Positions 1-15,312 of a stretch of DNA of 64,000 nucleotides are shown here, one piece after another. Location: NCBI GenBank assembly GCA_964016885.1, contig OZ024740.1, positions 129,332,001 to 129,396,000 on the forward strand, read 5' to 3'. Made by a program: the position numbers and the translations under genes. The stretch is from Eledone cirrhosa. Lineage: Eukaryota. The notes under the pieces were generated by a model. The model saw nothing but the letters and a program-made list of their open reading frames with translations, ran no database searches and was not told the DNA's origin. Position 1 is the first letter of the stretch. Every line of letters starts with the position of its first letter.

Positions 1-956
1 GTAAATTAAAATATATTCCCGTCATATATCTTAGAATATATATACAGAAACATAACGAATAATGCATCTGACTTGCACAAATCTACAAATTAACAAAATG
101 TATTTTGTATGGAACAAATGTATTGTGTATGGAACATTGTAATTATAAATGTTAGAAGCGATTTTTATAAGAATATATAAATAGTAGAATATTACATGTG
201 ACGGCACCAGATGTCAGGGTCGATAAAGTACTGGCCGAGACTGTATTATCTTTCACACTGAATAACCTCCCTGGTTAATGGGTCCGCATTTATAGACGTG
301 GAGAACGCTGCTTATGTGATGTTTTTTTAATGCTTCAGTTACGGCATTTGACGTTGTTACATGGAATGATTGGCTGAGACATTCTTATCCTTTATATTCT
401 GGTCAAGAACCATTGTAAATGTATTTCAGTGAAGATTCCAATATATCAAATGGGCTTAACTCGAGTGGATAGATAGTTCCTCAAATCGAATCTTTAGGGT
501 TGGAATTAATAGAATTATAATAGTAACCAGGAGATAGAAAAGTGTTCAATAGAGGGAGTTAAAGTGAGAAAAAATGGCTATATTTGTGAATAATTCATCG
601 TGAAACTATATTCTGGAAATATTTCAAGGCAGCATTTATGTGTTGTTTTTCGGTTCATTGCGCGAGTTGCATCGACGCACTTCATATTTAGTAACTGTTC
701 CCTAAAGGATATATCGTTTGTGGCGTGTCACTGGTTTTCATAATGACTCATATTTCCGAGTATAGACAATGGGGTTAATTGTGGTGCTATTATGGAAGTA
801 TATTGAACATAAATAATCCTCACACTGTGCGTCTACGCCTTAGTTTGCGAGCTTTAGCAGGCATATTAGTCATGCTGAGTTGGAATGTAACGTTGTGAGA
901 TAAACCTTGAATATAACTCGAAAGAAATATCACACAAAACCATTTTATATTTTTAA

Positions 957-1150
957 GGAGGGTCGGTCGATTGGCAGTATCGGTAGAGGGTCGGACACCA
1001 TGCTTTGACGCATAGAGTTACGGCCCTTGCCATTCTAAGTTCAAACCCCGCCGAGGTTAATTTGCCTTTCATCCTTACGGGCTCGATAAAATAGAGTACC
1101 AGTAATGCACTTAGTAATTGCTGACCTTGTGCCAAAAATGGAAACAATTA
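957..1150 (+). mobile_element. tRNA-derived SINE (family A), first of a head-to-tail pair
   Basis: A-box-like TGGCAGTATCGG, B-box-like GTTCAAACCC, central GCCTTTCATCCTTACGGG-TCGATAAAAT-AGTACCAG block (resembles conserved metazoan SINE core domains; exact domain not verified), tail GAAACAATTAT. Same sequence recurs at 1155, 32988 and 63107. Confidence 0.85.
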
Positions 1151-1154
1151 TCAC

Positions 1155-1350
1155 GGAGGGTCGCATTGGCAGTATCGCTAGAGGGTCTGACGCCATGCTC
1201 TGCAGCATAGAGTTAGGATCCTTTACGATCTGAGTTCAAATCCCGCCGAGGTTACCTTTGCCTTTCATCATTACGGGGTCGATAAAATGAAGTACCAGTA
1301 ATGCACTGGGATAATTGCTGGCCTTGTGCCAAAAGTAGAAACAATTATTA
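1155..1350 (+). mobile_element. tRNA-derived SINE (family A), second tandem copy
   Basis: Colinear with 957-1150; B-box GTTCAAATCCC; ends GAAACAATTATTA. Confidence 0.85.
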
Positions 1351-1846
1351 AATATGTGATTAAACAATAATGGGATGCATTCTTCATTTAGCATTCCCAA
1401 TGGAATTAATTACTTCCAATGAAAATTATCTATAACATTTGGCGTAATACCAAACGAGTTTCGTCTAATACATTCCACTAACAAATCATTGGTCGTCTTA
1501 AGGATATATTGTTAGAAGCTGGTCTAATATAGCATGCAGATGAAATGAAACTGCAAGTAATATTCTCGAAGAAAAAACAAATCTAGTGTGTTATGACTTT
1601 TTTGCACGCTATAACAGATTACCTTTGTTGAAAAACAAATACCAGTCATACATGTGTACTGAATATATATCGATGATGGGTAATCTCTAGTCACTATAAT
1701 TTATAAACCTGTTCATAGAAAATCTGAATTATATCATAAAAAACATATGCGACGTATTTTTACCATCATTACCCACGACACAATTACGTTTCCTCGTTTA
1801 CCAAATGTTATCTGAAAGTGCTGATTCAACATATAATATTAGATTA

Positions 1847-1913
<67 letters not shown>

Positions 1914-3503
1914 TATACACACACATATTTGTGTATGTGCGTATTTGTGTATATGTATATATATATATATATTATAATAGAAATGTATGTATATGTGTAT
2001 ATATTCGCGTTATCCCCTTGAATAGAGCGTATATATTTAATTTTATTTTGGGTGATTATATTATATTGAACTGAATGTTGGTTACGTGTGTGCATAGTAT
2101 TTGATTAGATACATTTATATTAGTGTATAAGTATCTATGCAACCATGTGTAAGGAAATGACGCTCAGTATTGCTCTCTTTATTTTAAAGATGCAAATTAT
2201 ACTATATATTTGACAGACGATGCGCGTGTATGATCATTGTCATCATACAAGTTCCTTAATAGAAACTGTACACAATGTGTATATTTGCATATATATTTCA
2301 AACACGCAAAAAATTACTTAAGTATATCATTTTTTTGTCAGGTGTTATTTGATATGTCTCGTCGTAATGCTTGCCATCATCTGAAGTAATGCCAATTACA
2401 AAACACGTCACGCAAAATCTTCCTTTACATTGACATCTCTGATTGCTTTTGCTTGGAAATCTCTCAGAATTACTGGGAATCGATCCAAACAATAATTGCT
2501 AAATCTCCAAGATCATGACAACCGAAAGCCAAAAGAAAAAGAAACAAAACATTAATGACTAGTACATAGAATGAAATTGAAAAAGCAGCTTAAACTCTAA
2601 ACTTATAACTAATAAAATCGTACGATAAAAATATATATTATTACACAATTACTTTAAAAATTATAGTCATTAAAAATATCTTTAAAATAAAGCACCTTTA
2701 ATAGTTCTATGAATATAAGAATTTTACCAGCACCAGGAAGTGAAGGCCCTGTTAAATAAGAACACATCGTACGCTTAATGGGTGTTTATTTTGTTCTGGT
2801 AAATACCATCATGACGTACAACTCGATTATGTATTGATTTTCTTGATATGTTTAACGAAAATCTGATTGATTACGTAATGTGTAAGATTCCATTCAATGT
2901 TAGATTGAGTGATTGACTAATTAGGTATTTGAATTTGTCATTCATTAAATATAATGATAGTTGATTAAAGACGATGTTTGATTTCAATATTGTTGAATAC
3001 TCTTTTGGCTTACTACGGAATTATAATGAAAGTGATTGGTAGTTTGATTAAGGACTCGTTAATTGATTTAAGAGAACGTATTATCTAGAATGTGATTGTA
3101 TGCCAAATCGTAGACATTCCATGTAAAAGTAGGAATCATGTCAAAGCAAATTTATGGTAAGGATTGTCATAAAAAATTGTATGCTAAGATATTTTGAGTT
3201 TTAGTTGTATCCCATAAGACAAATCCATTTGTGTGACTTTGGAATTTTTATGAAATAATCTAACACTCTGTTGTTAATTTCAAACCGCATAACGCATTAC
3301 TAAGAGACAAATGGATCTTGTTAAAATAGGGAATTACTCAATTCATGAATTTTAAAATAAACCTAATCAACAACACACTCTCGGTATAATTATGAATAAT
3401 ACTCATGAAAAAAGGCATGCATATCAATAGAGAATTGAAGGAATAATCATTGATTCTAATCTAGAGTTCATAAAATAGGGATACATTTGTGTCTTTAATA
3501 AAC

Positions 3504-3504
<1 letters not shown>

Positions 3505-3534
<30 letters not shown>

Positions 3535-3637
3535 CTTCTTCTTCTTCTTCTTCTTCTTCTTCTTCTTCTTCTTCTTCTTCTTCTTCTTCTTCTTCTTCTT
3601 CTTCTTCTTCTTCTTCTTCTTCTTCTTCTTCTTCTTC
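3505..3637 (-). repeat. (GAA)n microsatellite, probable 3' tail of the adjacent RTE LINE
   Basis: Pure CTT run on + that begins right after the 3' end of the minus-strand RTE fragment. Confidence 0.9.
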
Positions 3638-4300
3638 ACCCAATCATTCCTGAGAGCGTCTTGGTGGCAGAGACATCAAACACTCATTCCAACGGCTTCT
3701 GTCAGAAGCAGCCATCTCTACCTGATCCGGCTCGATTCCCACGCGTGACCAACCAAACTGATGGCTGTTATCCAACCATCTTGCTCGGCGTCCAGCCTAG
3801 GTCTCGTACTGGTTGGTTCTGACTAACTTCCGTCCATGTTTTCTTTCCTGAGATATTTTAACCCCATGTCTATAGTATCAGTGCTTGGATCACTCAATTC
3901 AGATAGGTAGCGGCCCTACCTAGAATGTTAGTACGAGGACCCTTTGGAAGAACTCCATTTCGGCCGAATGTAATCGCTATCATATTCTTTCGGCCATTAC
4001 ACAAGATTCATGACCATAGGTAAGGGTTGGCACGACAACCTAATTGAAGATAGGGAGTTTGGCTTTTAAACCTTTTTTCCTTCTTCTGAATAATGAAAGC
4101 TGAAGCTGGTGCATTACTGCACTAGATCCGACAATTCCTGCACTTAGTTTGGTCTCCTGCATTCCATAAATAATTAACACCAATCCGAGATACTTGAACT
4201 TTTCTACCTGCTTCAGTGGAACTCCATTCACAACTACAGTGCATAGTAGGTTTCCTTGAGAGGCGGAATATCTGTACAGCACTGATTTTCATTCCAATTT
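3638..4300 (-). mobile_element. 5'-truncated, decayed RTE-clade LINE (C-terminal RT region and 3' end)
   Basis: Translations GMKIS...LSRKP, LKQVEKFKYLG, AVMHQL...KAKLPIF and PTLTYGHES are typical RTE ORF C-terminal motifs; interrupted by stops and frameshifts; ends in a (GAA)n tail. Confidence 0.8.
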
Positions 4301-5544
4301 TAAGACATATATTTTCAGAAATATATAATGCAATCATTTCTGTCTTTGAAATGTATTTCTGAAGTATTAATGAATAATAATAGAATTAATGAATAATAAT
4401 GCATCGGTTGCGGACACTTAGTACTGTTTACTGGAATATAATTTTCATTAACAAATCAATTGAAATATTGAAAAACAAATATTTATAGACACAAGGCATA
4501 AGTTAATAAAGAGCTAAGGCATTCATTCCCTTCTTAACAAACATTGCTGGTTTAGGGGAATGTTATGTATAAAGAAAGTTTATAATAGTTTATAGAAGAC
4601 AAGTTTTACCCTAGGAAATATTGCAAATATATATTTTATATTTCACAAAGAACATCCTCGGATGCGAAAGTATAAATATCATAGCCTAAAAACAAGAAAG
4701 CACTGGAAGAAAATGAGCTGCCAAAACCATGGAATGCTATAGACAGACATCTCAGTGTAAAAGACAAGAACATTAATACAATTTTCAAGACAGAATTTCA
4801 ACGAATTGTATCGGAAAATGTGCCTAATGGAGGTAAAACGTATTCAGACTGCAACATTAGCGACGTGATATGCCAGCGTGTTTGCCGGAACGAAAGTTCA
4901 TCTCATACAATTTTGAATAATTCATGTGTGGTCATTTATATTTATTTTATTTATATATTCATTTAGTGTGATTTATTAGGTTATTTTTTGTAATGATTAC
5001 TGTAGAATTTTCTTTTATAGGATATATATTTTTGGTATTGACTGCTGACCTTTTCCTTACAAAAGCCTCAATACATGAACCAAAAGAGTTCGTGTAAAAC
5101 TAAAATGAATGTTAATGAATTAGCAATATGTGTATGATATGTGACTTACAACATTTCGAAAATTCTAATGAAACTCTCAGTACCACTCTTACCACAAACA
5201 GAGACACCTAAACAACCAACATCTAAAACATATCCATACTATTCATCAGAATATTTTTATTATGAATAACTCCCGTAACGCACTGGGTGTTTAGTTAATT
5301 TTGTTCCCCTCCTCTGATAATTATTAACATTATGCTTAAATCAGAAACCATGATTATATTTTATTAATAAAAATACTGATATATCTAATTTTGGATCTTT
5401 AAATCCTAGTAACAAGATGAAAAGTAGTTTTTACTAAACAGGATTTTCATAACCAAATGACCGGAACGGATATATATGTTTCTTTATTTGGTTTACCTAT
5501 AATTATATACATATATACATCTTAAATCTGTCTTGAGACAGAAG

Positions 5545-5796
5545 GCTTATTTGGCCGGTGCTTATCCAGGTTTCATGGCGTGAAGCGACTGAGAGTACAA
5601 GAAAAACCCCTGGACAGGACGCCAGTCCATCCAAGGGGCAAATCCCCAGGTATTGTTGGTACTAATTTTCAGCTGAATATACGGCAACAACGAGAAATGA
5701 AGTGTTTTCCTCAAAACACAACACGCATCCAAGGCATCGAACCCTGTACATTATGATCGTAAGTCAAACACCCTTACCACTAGACCGCGCGCCTCC
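5545..5796 (-). mobile_element. tRNA-derived SINE (family B) with CORE-like and V-domain-like segments
   Basis: Minus strand reads GGAGGCGCGCGGTCTAGTGGTAAG (A box)...GGTTCGATGCC (B box)...TGTGTTTTGAGGAAAACACTTCA (CORE-like)...GATGGACTGGCGTCCTGTCCAGGGG (V-SINE-like). Confidence 0.75.
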
Positions 5797-7493
<1,697 letters not shown>

Positions 7494-7500
7494 CAGTAAA

Positions 7501-7594
7501 ACCCCGACGGCTGAGCTCAAGCCGTTTCGACGGCTAATTCTGGAGTAAATGAAAATTTATCCTGGTATATAAATAGCCGAGCTTCTCAAGGGGT
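7501..7594 (-). ncRNA. Type I hammerhead ribozyme, U3-A8 core variant
   Basis: ACCCC-UUGAGAA-G(CU)CGGCUA[long loop]UAGCCG(U)C-GAA-ACGGCU UGAGCUC AGCCGU-C-GGGGU. Stems I, II and III all pair; predicted cleavage at GUC between 7506 and 7505. Confidence 0.75.
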
Positions 7595-8770
7595 AATTCC
7601 ATATATGATCAAAGTGATTGTCACATGATTGGTCACAAGTCAGTAGTAATTCTGTGATGGCCAATTAGTGGGGGAGAGGGTGGTTAAACCTGCCAGTAGG
7701 AGAAAAAAGGGCAGGGGGTGGAGTAGACCCAATCATGCGTTGGTAGTGCCGGCTGAAGCTGGGCATGAGGTCAAAGAAGATACTCTGGGGGAGGAAGTCG
7801 AAACGGTAAGTAGAACAATGAGGGGTAAAAATATATATATGAAAAAAAAAATACTGAGAGTGATAAAAAGCGAATAAATGTAAAGAAAAAAATATAAGCA
7901 ATTTCTACGACCTAAGTCTCTAGCTAATGCTAGGCTAGATAAATAAATAAATAAAGAAAGAAAGAAAGAAAGAAATAAAGAAATAAAGAAATAAAGAAAT
8001 AAAGAAATAAAAAAATAAAAAAATAAGTAAATAAACTAGGTGGGACGGAATAGGAAAGACCCTTTTAAGAGGTATAAGTACGTATATCATACGGTGACGG
8101 GTCAACAAATGGGGCCAAAATACTAAAGAAACTACCACGAAATAATTAATAAAGGATTCTACCCCGGGCACAAGGCCAGCAACCACCCAGTGCAGAAAAG
8201 TAAACTAGTACGAGATAATAATTCTGAGTCCCGAAAAAAATATACTAATGCTAACTCTACAAAAGTTCTTATACAAGCCACGCTACAAAAGTTCTTATAC
8301 AAGCTTCATGAAAGTTCGTAGGAGGTAAAAGTAGAATACGGAAAAATAAAATCAGAATCCACCCCGCCCAAAAGAAAAGAGAAGAAAGAAATACTGAAAC
8401 GAGAAAATAAGGCAGAGGTGCCACTAAGAAATATAGAAGGCACGGAAAAAAGGGGGAGCGGTCGGATAAGGGGGCAAGTATCCGAGGTCTAACACAACTG
8501 CTATAAAAAGCGGAGTCCGCCCAATCTATCATAGACTAGGGGAGGGGTGGGGGTACTGAGGCTACAGGGGGCCAAAGGGCTGCCTCGGGTGGGCAAGAAA
8601 AAAATACGCCGACAAAGAAAAAGAACTGGGGTAGAAGGACTAGGGAGGGATGGGGGGAAGAAGGAAATATAGAGGAAGCGATAAAAGAATAAAAAGAAGA
8701 TCTTACGTCTCCCTTGGCAAGCAGGGGTTACCCATTACAAAATCGGCAAGTGGGGTGTTATAGCCCTAGT

Positions 8771-9907
8771 CTACCTCCCCGGGTCATTATGGGGTTTGAG
8801 GGCGAGGTAAGACCTACGCAATCTATGTTTACATGCAGTAACCAGTTCATCTTTCTTGTTTAGGAGTTGGTCCGTCGAAAACAGCATTTGTAAAGTTTCC
8901 TCTGAGCATAAATTGCACGGACGGCGTCCTCCCGTGTAAGAGTTGGATCTGGACAGTAATCTCCAAGTGAGATCATAGGTGATGCTGTTGTCCTTGAGGT
9001 CCCATATGTGGCCCGAAAGTGTAGTGGCGTGACGCCGGGCCGGGTTTCGGAAGGTATGTCTATGTTGGTATAGCCGGGTCTTGAAGTCACATGCGGTTAG
9101 TCCTATATAAACTTTGTTGGAGGTGTCCGTCCTCACGTTGCACTGGTAGATCACATTACGGTCTCTGCATCTGTTGTCGAGGGGGAAATGGATCTATCAG
9201 GACAGTTGCACCTCCTGGTCGGCTCTCCACTGCTATTTAGGTTATTTCCTCCATCGGGGTTGAGTTTTTTGTTGTAAAGAGGAGACGATGATTTGTGCGA
9301 AGTTTGGTGTAGTGCTGTAAGAGAGTTTTATGGTATTTTTGTTTATGTTGTGGTAGCGGTGTTGTAGTGGGAAGTGTTTTTCAATGAGCCTACAGAATAT
9401 TTTCCCGATAGGAGTTGTCACCTCGGCGTTGTGGGGAGGATTGAACCATGTTACATTGCGTGAGCGGCGGTGTCGCCTGCTGGTTCCGCTAATGGGAGCT
9501 GGACAGTAGGATATTTCCTCCCGGAAACCACTCCGCTTGAGGGCCTGGTTGTAATAAGGCGCATGTTCATCATCGAATATCCGCTCATTAGCTGACAAAC
9601 GGGATATGCGGAGGGAAATGTTTTTGACCAGGTTGTTGGTGATGTTCCTAGGATGGTTTGATCGGCGGTGGATGTAGTGCAGGTTGTCATTAGGTTTCCT
9701 GTATGGATAGTACAGGTCGTTTTCGAGGTTGAGGGTAACGTCCAGGAAGTTTACTCGGGTCAGGGACGTTTGTAGGCTTATTTTAAATCCCTAGTCGCGG
9801 AAGAAGCTGATTAATTGTTTCCGGACCCGATCTGTACTACTGGGGTTGTACCCTTTAAGGGTAAGGAGCCCATCATCACGGTACAATCCACCACCGAATG
9901 CAGGAAA
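8771..9907 (-). pseudogene. Decayed PLE RT-thumb-GIY-YIG coding fragment (Naiad-like)
   Basis: [52 protein letters not shown] and CKH motifs spread over several frames; premature TAG at 9791. Confidence 0.9.
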
Positions 9908-10027
9908 TATATCGGTGAACTCAGCCGTCGGTGTCTTACTGGTTCCTATTACCCACTCTACTACCCTAAGTATTGAGTACTTTGGTGCGTTATGGTCTAC
10001 CTGGTTCCTTACCACATTTCCTTCGTT

Positions 10028-10072
<45 letters not shown>

Positions 10073-10078
10073 CACACT

Positions 10079-10244
<166 letters not shown>

Positions 10245-11950
10245 CAAAATGAGGATGGATTCAGTTTGAAACTGGTTAGCACCTTGCTTACCAGAGTATG
10301 TGATACCAGGTTTAGTAGAGTATGGTTATATAATGAAACTCGCCGTAGAATGGGTTTAGCCGTCGGGTTCGCGAACATATCGGTTTGGACAAATGTCCTT
10401 AGTGTTTTTCAAAGGCAATATTTTGGTATAATTTCTGGCAATTTGTATGGTTGCGCATAAGCACATTTATAAGCAGCGGCGTGAGTATGCATTATGAGCA
10501 TTCCTCATTTTCTGTTACTTAGTCAAATGAGAAGCAATAGCGACCTCTATTTCCAACAACCTAACCGATTAGCAGCGAGAATCTCAGAAGTGTGCAAACA
10601 CAAGCGTCCTGTTCGATTCCTTCCTGATAACGGTTGGTTGCATAATGTAAGCATTACCAGTGAAAAGCTGCGAGAGCAAGGTTGAGAAGAGAAGCTCCAT
10701 CCACCATAGTCAACCAAATTAGCGCCTACCAGCTATCTCCTTTTTTTCTTTCAATGCGGAATGCAATGCATTCACATACGTTCGCTAATGAAGACCAAAT
10801 AAATCAAGGGCTGGCGGATTCATTACTTCAAAGCTAGAATAACAGGGATGGAAACATACGACTTCTTTAACGACGTAATCACAATTGATAGCGATTATTT
10901 TGAATTATACATTTTTCCTAGTTTCAGAAAACGCCAAAGGCAGTGCAATTTTGAATAAGGAAAAGAAATGTCTATGAAATCGAATATTTTCATACTTTTA
11001 GAACTTCTAAACTTTTGTGTTTCATTTATTGCGTTGTATATATTTCGTATGTAGCCGAACTGGAAACGTTATCAGAAGCAAATAGTTCACAATATCCAAC
11101 GTTGCACATCACTTAAAACAATATTGCATTAAAAATTGTTGAATTTTTTCTTCAAAGCTATATGTAAACACAGAGGCATACACGCATTCAAATAAACACA
11201 CTCACGCACACACACAGAAACATATGTACGTGTTTGTGACTGTGTTTATGTAGTGTGTGTCAGTGTGTATCTGTGTATCTGTGTGTGTATGTGTGTGTCT
11301 GTGTATCTTTATATATGTTTCTGTTTGTGTGAACAAATACACATATACCCAGATATATATATACACATACAAACGCGCGTGTGCGTAGATGAACACACAT
11401 ATATTCACACATTCACATGCCACAGACATACACACACATACAGGCACATATACATAGGTACCTTTCTCTCTTTTTTTCAATACCCATCTATAAATTTAGC
11501 CGTTAGCGCGTGTGGTACAGTATTACTGATTAATCGCATATTCATTTCAGCCGATAATGCCAAGAAGCAACTGGTGTTCAAAAATGAGGTGATAACTCTA
11601 GATGAGATATGGGTGTAAGTCCAAGACTTGGAAACGCATAAGTTATAATGGTATTTATGATCAACATCGCTCCAAATCGCACTTTAGGCGCAGGGTAAAA
11701 TCAAAAGGGTGCTGATTGCCTTCGTATGAGAGATGTCTATGCATACTGCAATGATGATACTGAGAGCCATCCAAGTAAAAGTGTTGTAAACGTGCTTCGG
11801 ACAGTGGAATTATCGCAGGACTAATTATTAGCAAATATGACACAACAAATAATTTTTCCATGGGTCGGAAACCTATTCAACGGAACATATTAACGAACAC
11901 ACACACATATACACACATACACACACATACACACATACATACACACACAA

Positions 11951-12016
<66 letters not shown>

Positions 12017-12398
12017 TTCCCCCTCGTTATCGAGTGTGGCCATTGCACAATATAACATTATTATTAATTATTAATTAATTTTATTGTGCATTGCCTCTGC
12101 GTGAAAATTGTTTTATAGTGATTAAAGGCTGTGCACTGTACCAACCCCACTCTCTGAGCGAAAGTTGCTAAAACCCGAAAAGAAGAAAAGATCAACATCA
12201 TCTGTAACTACTGAGCCGCAGGTTTTATGTCGGTGTTATCCCAGTGTGCTGAGTTGCTTTCTCCTAGGAGAATGCCCTGACCAATGCTAGGTGTTCTTCA
12301 CTCCATGTGGTTTAACCGCGCGACGGGTATCTATCCGGATTATTTCTATGTCTCCGCGCATATAGACACATACGCGCTCATGTATAAATATATATATA

Positions 12399-12570
12399 TA
12401 GAAGTGGTTACAAAACAATTAGAATGGGCATTCCGAGCTGAGGATCCACTAAGGTGAAACAATTGTTCTCGGTATGGTGAACTAACTGTTGTGTAACCAC
12501 TTCTACCTAACTCGTCCCATGGACTGAGTGCTCTACCACTACGGATATTACCTTCCAGTGTTCCACCACT
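12399..12570 (+). mobile_element. Miniature PLE terminal fragment (family 5) with a short inverted 5' arm, inserted in (TA)n
   Basis: 12399-12417 is a near-perfect reverse complement of 12487-12505; contains an HHR; (TA)n on both sides. Confidence 0.7.
12433..12472 (+). ncRNA. Minimal type I hammerhead ribozyme
   Basis: CCGAG-CUGAGGA-UCCACUAAGGU-GAA-ACAAUUGU-U-CUCGG. Stem I is 5 bp; stem III is the palindrome ACAAUUGU. Confidence 0.8.
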
Positions 12571-12581
12571 ATATATATATA

Positions 12582-12636
<55 letters not shown>

Positions 12637-12865
12637 CATGTACATACATATGCACATATGTACATATGGATATACATACATATGTATATATATATATACG
12701 TATTTATACATTTTGGGATGGCCGTTGACTCCTATCAATTCTTCCCTCCTTTGTCAGGTTTTGTTTTTGTCCTGCAGGGTGTCCAAAATCACCCTCCTCA
12801 ACAAGTAAACTTGGTAGGGTTGCCGGTTTAGAGAGATAGAGAGAGAACGAGAGAGAGAGAGATAG

Positions 12866-12910
<45 letters not shown>

Positions 12911-13465
12911 CAGAAAGAAAGGAGAGTGAGAGAGAGAAGGGAGCGATCAGTAGAGTACTTAATAGATGGGACAAGAGGGTGGGAAAAATAATTAAAACAT
13001 TAATAATCGAGGAACTGCAATCGTGATTGTGTTTTTGTACGCCTATAGTGAAATCTATTTCACAATACAAAAATATATCCATTTGTGAACATGATATCAT
13101 GCACATGTTTTGTATGCATTAGGCAAACCGTTTCTATAAAAAACTAATAATTAGGTATATGTTAATTGCTATGCAATAATGATATCCTCTTTACTAGACA
13201 ACTTTCTGAGTGCAAATTATCAGTTCATAATTTCAAATGTATTTAGTTTTACTTTGGTATTGCATGCCAAGAATTATATAGTTAGATTATACCAATTTTA
13301 AACTAAAGGCCAAAAGACGGAACAAATATGAACAGATAATATATCAAAAATAGTCAAATAATGTTTCTCTAAAAGTTTGAGAAACTAATTTATATAAAGA
13401 CGTAATTAAATCATAGACGTGTTATCTCCGACGACATTCCTTGCCTTTCCGTGACATATACATGT

Positions 13466-13522
<57 letters not shown>

Positions 13523-13882
13523 AACACTGAAGATTATAGGTATACGTAAATGGCGAAAGTTGCAGGAGTATACATAATGTTTCATTTTTCTTTAATCCGA
13601 CGAAATAAATATTTTCATAACTATTAGATTAAGTGAATTGAAGTCTTATCGAATAGACTATTACTACTCTAAAACAATAGCATAAGGTATTCGAATTGGT
13701 TTTAATTAATCATACAGTGTATTGCAAAATACACTATATATACATTCATATATATATATATATATAGATATTTCAGAGCACCAATTCTAATTTTCAATTG
13801 CTGCTTGACCTGTACCGCTCTGTATAATAAGTTCCTGATTATTTACTAGAATTCTATAAGAATCAAACATCCATGATTTTTG

Positions 13883-13963
13883 GCAGACAGCGGGAGTAGT
13901 TAGCCTTGATAAGCATCAACAAATGCGAAACATGACTCTGTCCGCTTTATCTCCCCTGTTTGC
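13883..13963 (+). ncRNA. Type I hammerhead ribozyme, U3-A8 variant, with extended stem I
   Basis: GCAGACAG C GGGAG UAGUU AGCC-UUGAUAA-GCAU CAACAA AUGC-GAA-ACA UGACUC UGU-C-CGCU UUAU CUCCC CUGUUUGC. One C-C mismatch at the first stem I pair. Confidence 0.7.
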
Positions 13964-14073
13964 TGAAAATTAAAGTAAGTGAAACTATCACTACTCTAAA
14001 GCAATAGCATAAGGTCTTCGAAATGCTTTTAATTAAGCATACAGTGTATTGCAAAATCACTATATATACATTC

Positions 14074-14178
<105 letters not shown>

Positions 14179-15190
14179 AGATAACACTTGGTCGTTTTTA
14201 CTGCTTCTATTTCTAGTAGCATGATAATGACCTGTCCACCCTGCCCTTTGTCTTTACACACGGCACAAGACATAATTATTTCTTTCATCATTTACTCTCA
14301 TCCGGGAACAGTTTTCTATTGCGCCAGTTTGTGATTTAAACTAGGGAATTTTATATTCGCCGAGCGAGAAGAGTCTTCTGACGAGATTCCCCTTCTCAAT
14401 GGAAATCTGGTTGGATTATTTGTATATTTTGGGATGCGAAACCGAGCGGCAGTAAAGGCACATATAGTAAGTACAACGAACCGTTTAAAATTGATTTTAA
14501 AACTTTCTCTCTGTTGCTTGACCTGATTATATATATATATATATATATGTGTGCGTGCGTGTGGTTGTGTGCCTGTATGTGTGTGTGGTCATATACATAC
14601 ACATTACTTCTTCACTGTCTCATTCTTTTCAGACTTTCTATATATTCTAATATTTCTCTTTCCATACATTGAAGAAGAACTAATGCCCAAGATATGATGA
14701 AATTATTTTTTTTCGGGCTATATCAAGTTTTACAATTATATATAACTTCATTATACCGAATTGAGGGCTTTGATGTAATGATATATACTGTAAATTTACT
14801 TTATATATATAACGTAAACAAGACTATCGATCTTCATTGTCAAGCATATTGAGAAAGGGGAACTTTAACTCCAAAGGAGTGCAGTTGTGTATCATTAGAT
14901 TTCTCATCTCCTCCATCTAATAAAGGATATACTAATGATACAACCACAACCAGAGAACCTCACTGCTCGCACAGCACCTTGCCACAGCCTGGCAGATGAC
15001 CTCGATTGCTCTCCACAAATTACCCTTCCCGACGTCTTATCAAGCGAAAACGGAAGGCAGATGTTATTATAAGCTGGATATTATAATGGAACATTTTCGA
15101 ATGATTTCATCGTTTGGTGATTCTGGAAAGTACATCCTTTCTTACTAAACTGAAACACCAACAGTATATTTCAAGTGTCATAGCTAATTT

Positions 15191-15312
15191 GTCCCCACAC
15201 AGCGTGTCCACACACATCGTGTCCACACACAGCGTGTCCACACACATCGTGTCCACACACATCGTGTCCACACACATCGTGTCCACACACATCGTGTCCA
15301 CACAGCGTGTCC
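15191..15312. repeat. 15-bp minisatellite (GTCCACACACA[T/G]CGT), about 8 units
   Basis: Directly visible tandem units; explains the DTMCV/STHIV pseudo-ORFs. Confidence 0.95.

Larger units (their letters stand above)
7494..10030. mobile_element. Penelope-like element, family 1: long minus-strand segment (7494-~9907) joined to a short plus-strand 3' terminus (~9917-10030)
   Basis: Minus strand has RT and GIY-YIG remnants, a 3' UTR and an HHR. The plus piece repeats CTCAGCCGTCGG...TTACTG in the opposite orientation and runs to CTTCGTTATA. Flanked by (TA)n on both sides. Confidence 0.85.

Noticed and set aside
2325-2385. Splice-acceptor-like TTTTTTTGTCAG followed by a short hydrophobic frame (CYLICLVVMLAII*)
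   Set aside because: Too short and unsupported to call a terminal exon.
5700-5796. tRNA gene
   Set aside because: A and B boxes run into SINE body sequence; no complete cloverleaf or Pol III terminator.
14375-14415. CTGACGA followed by a GATTCC/GGAAATC stem
   Set aside because: Not followed by GAAA, stem III or a matching stem I.
15191-15312. CRISPR-like regular repeat
   Set aside because: Contiguous 15-bp units with no unique spacers, in eukaryotic DNA.
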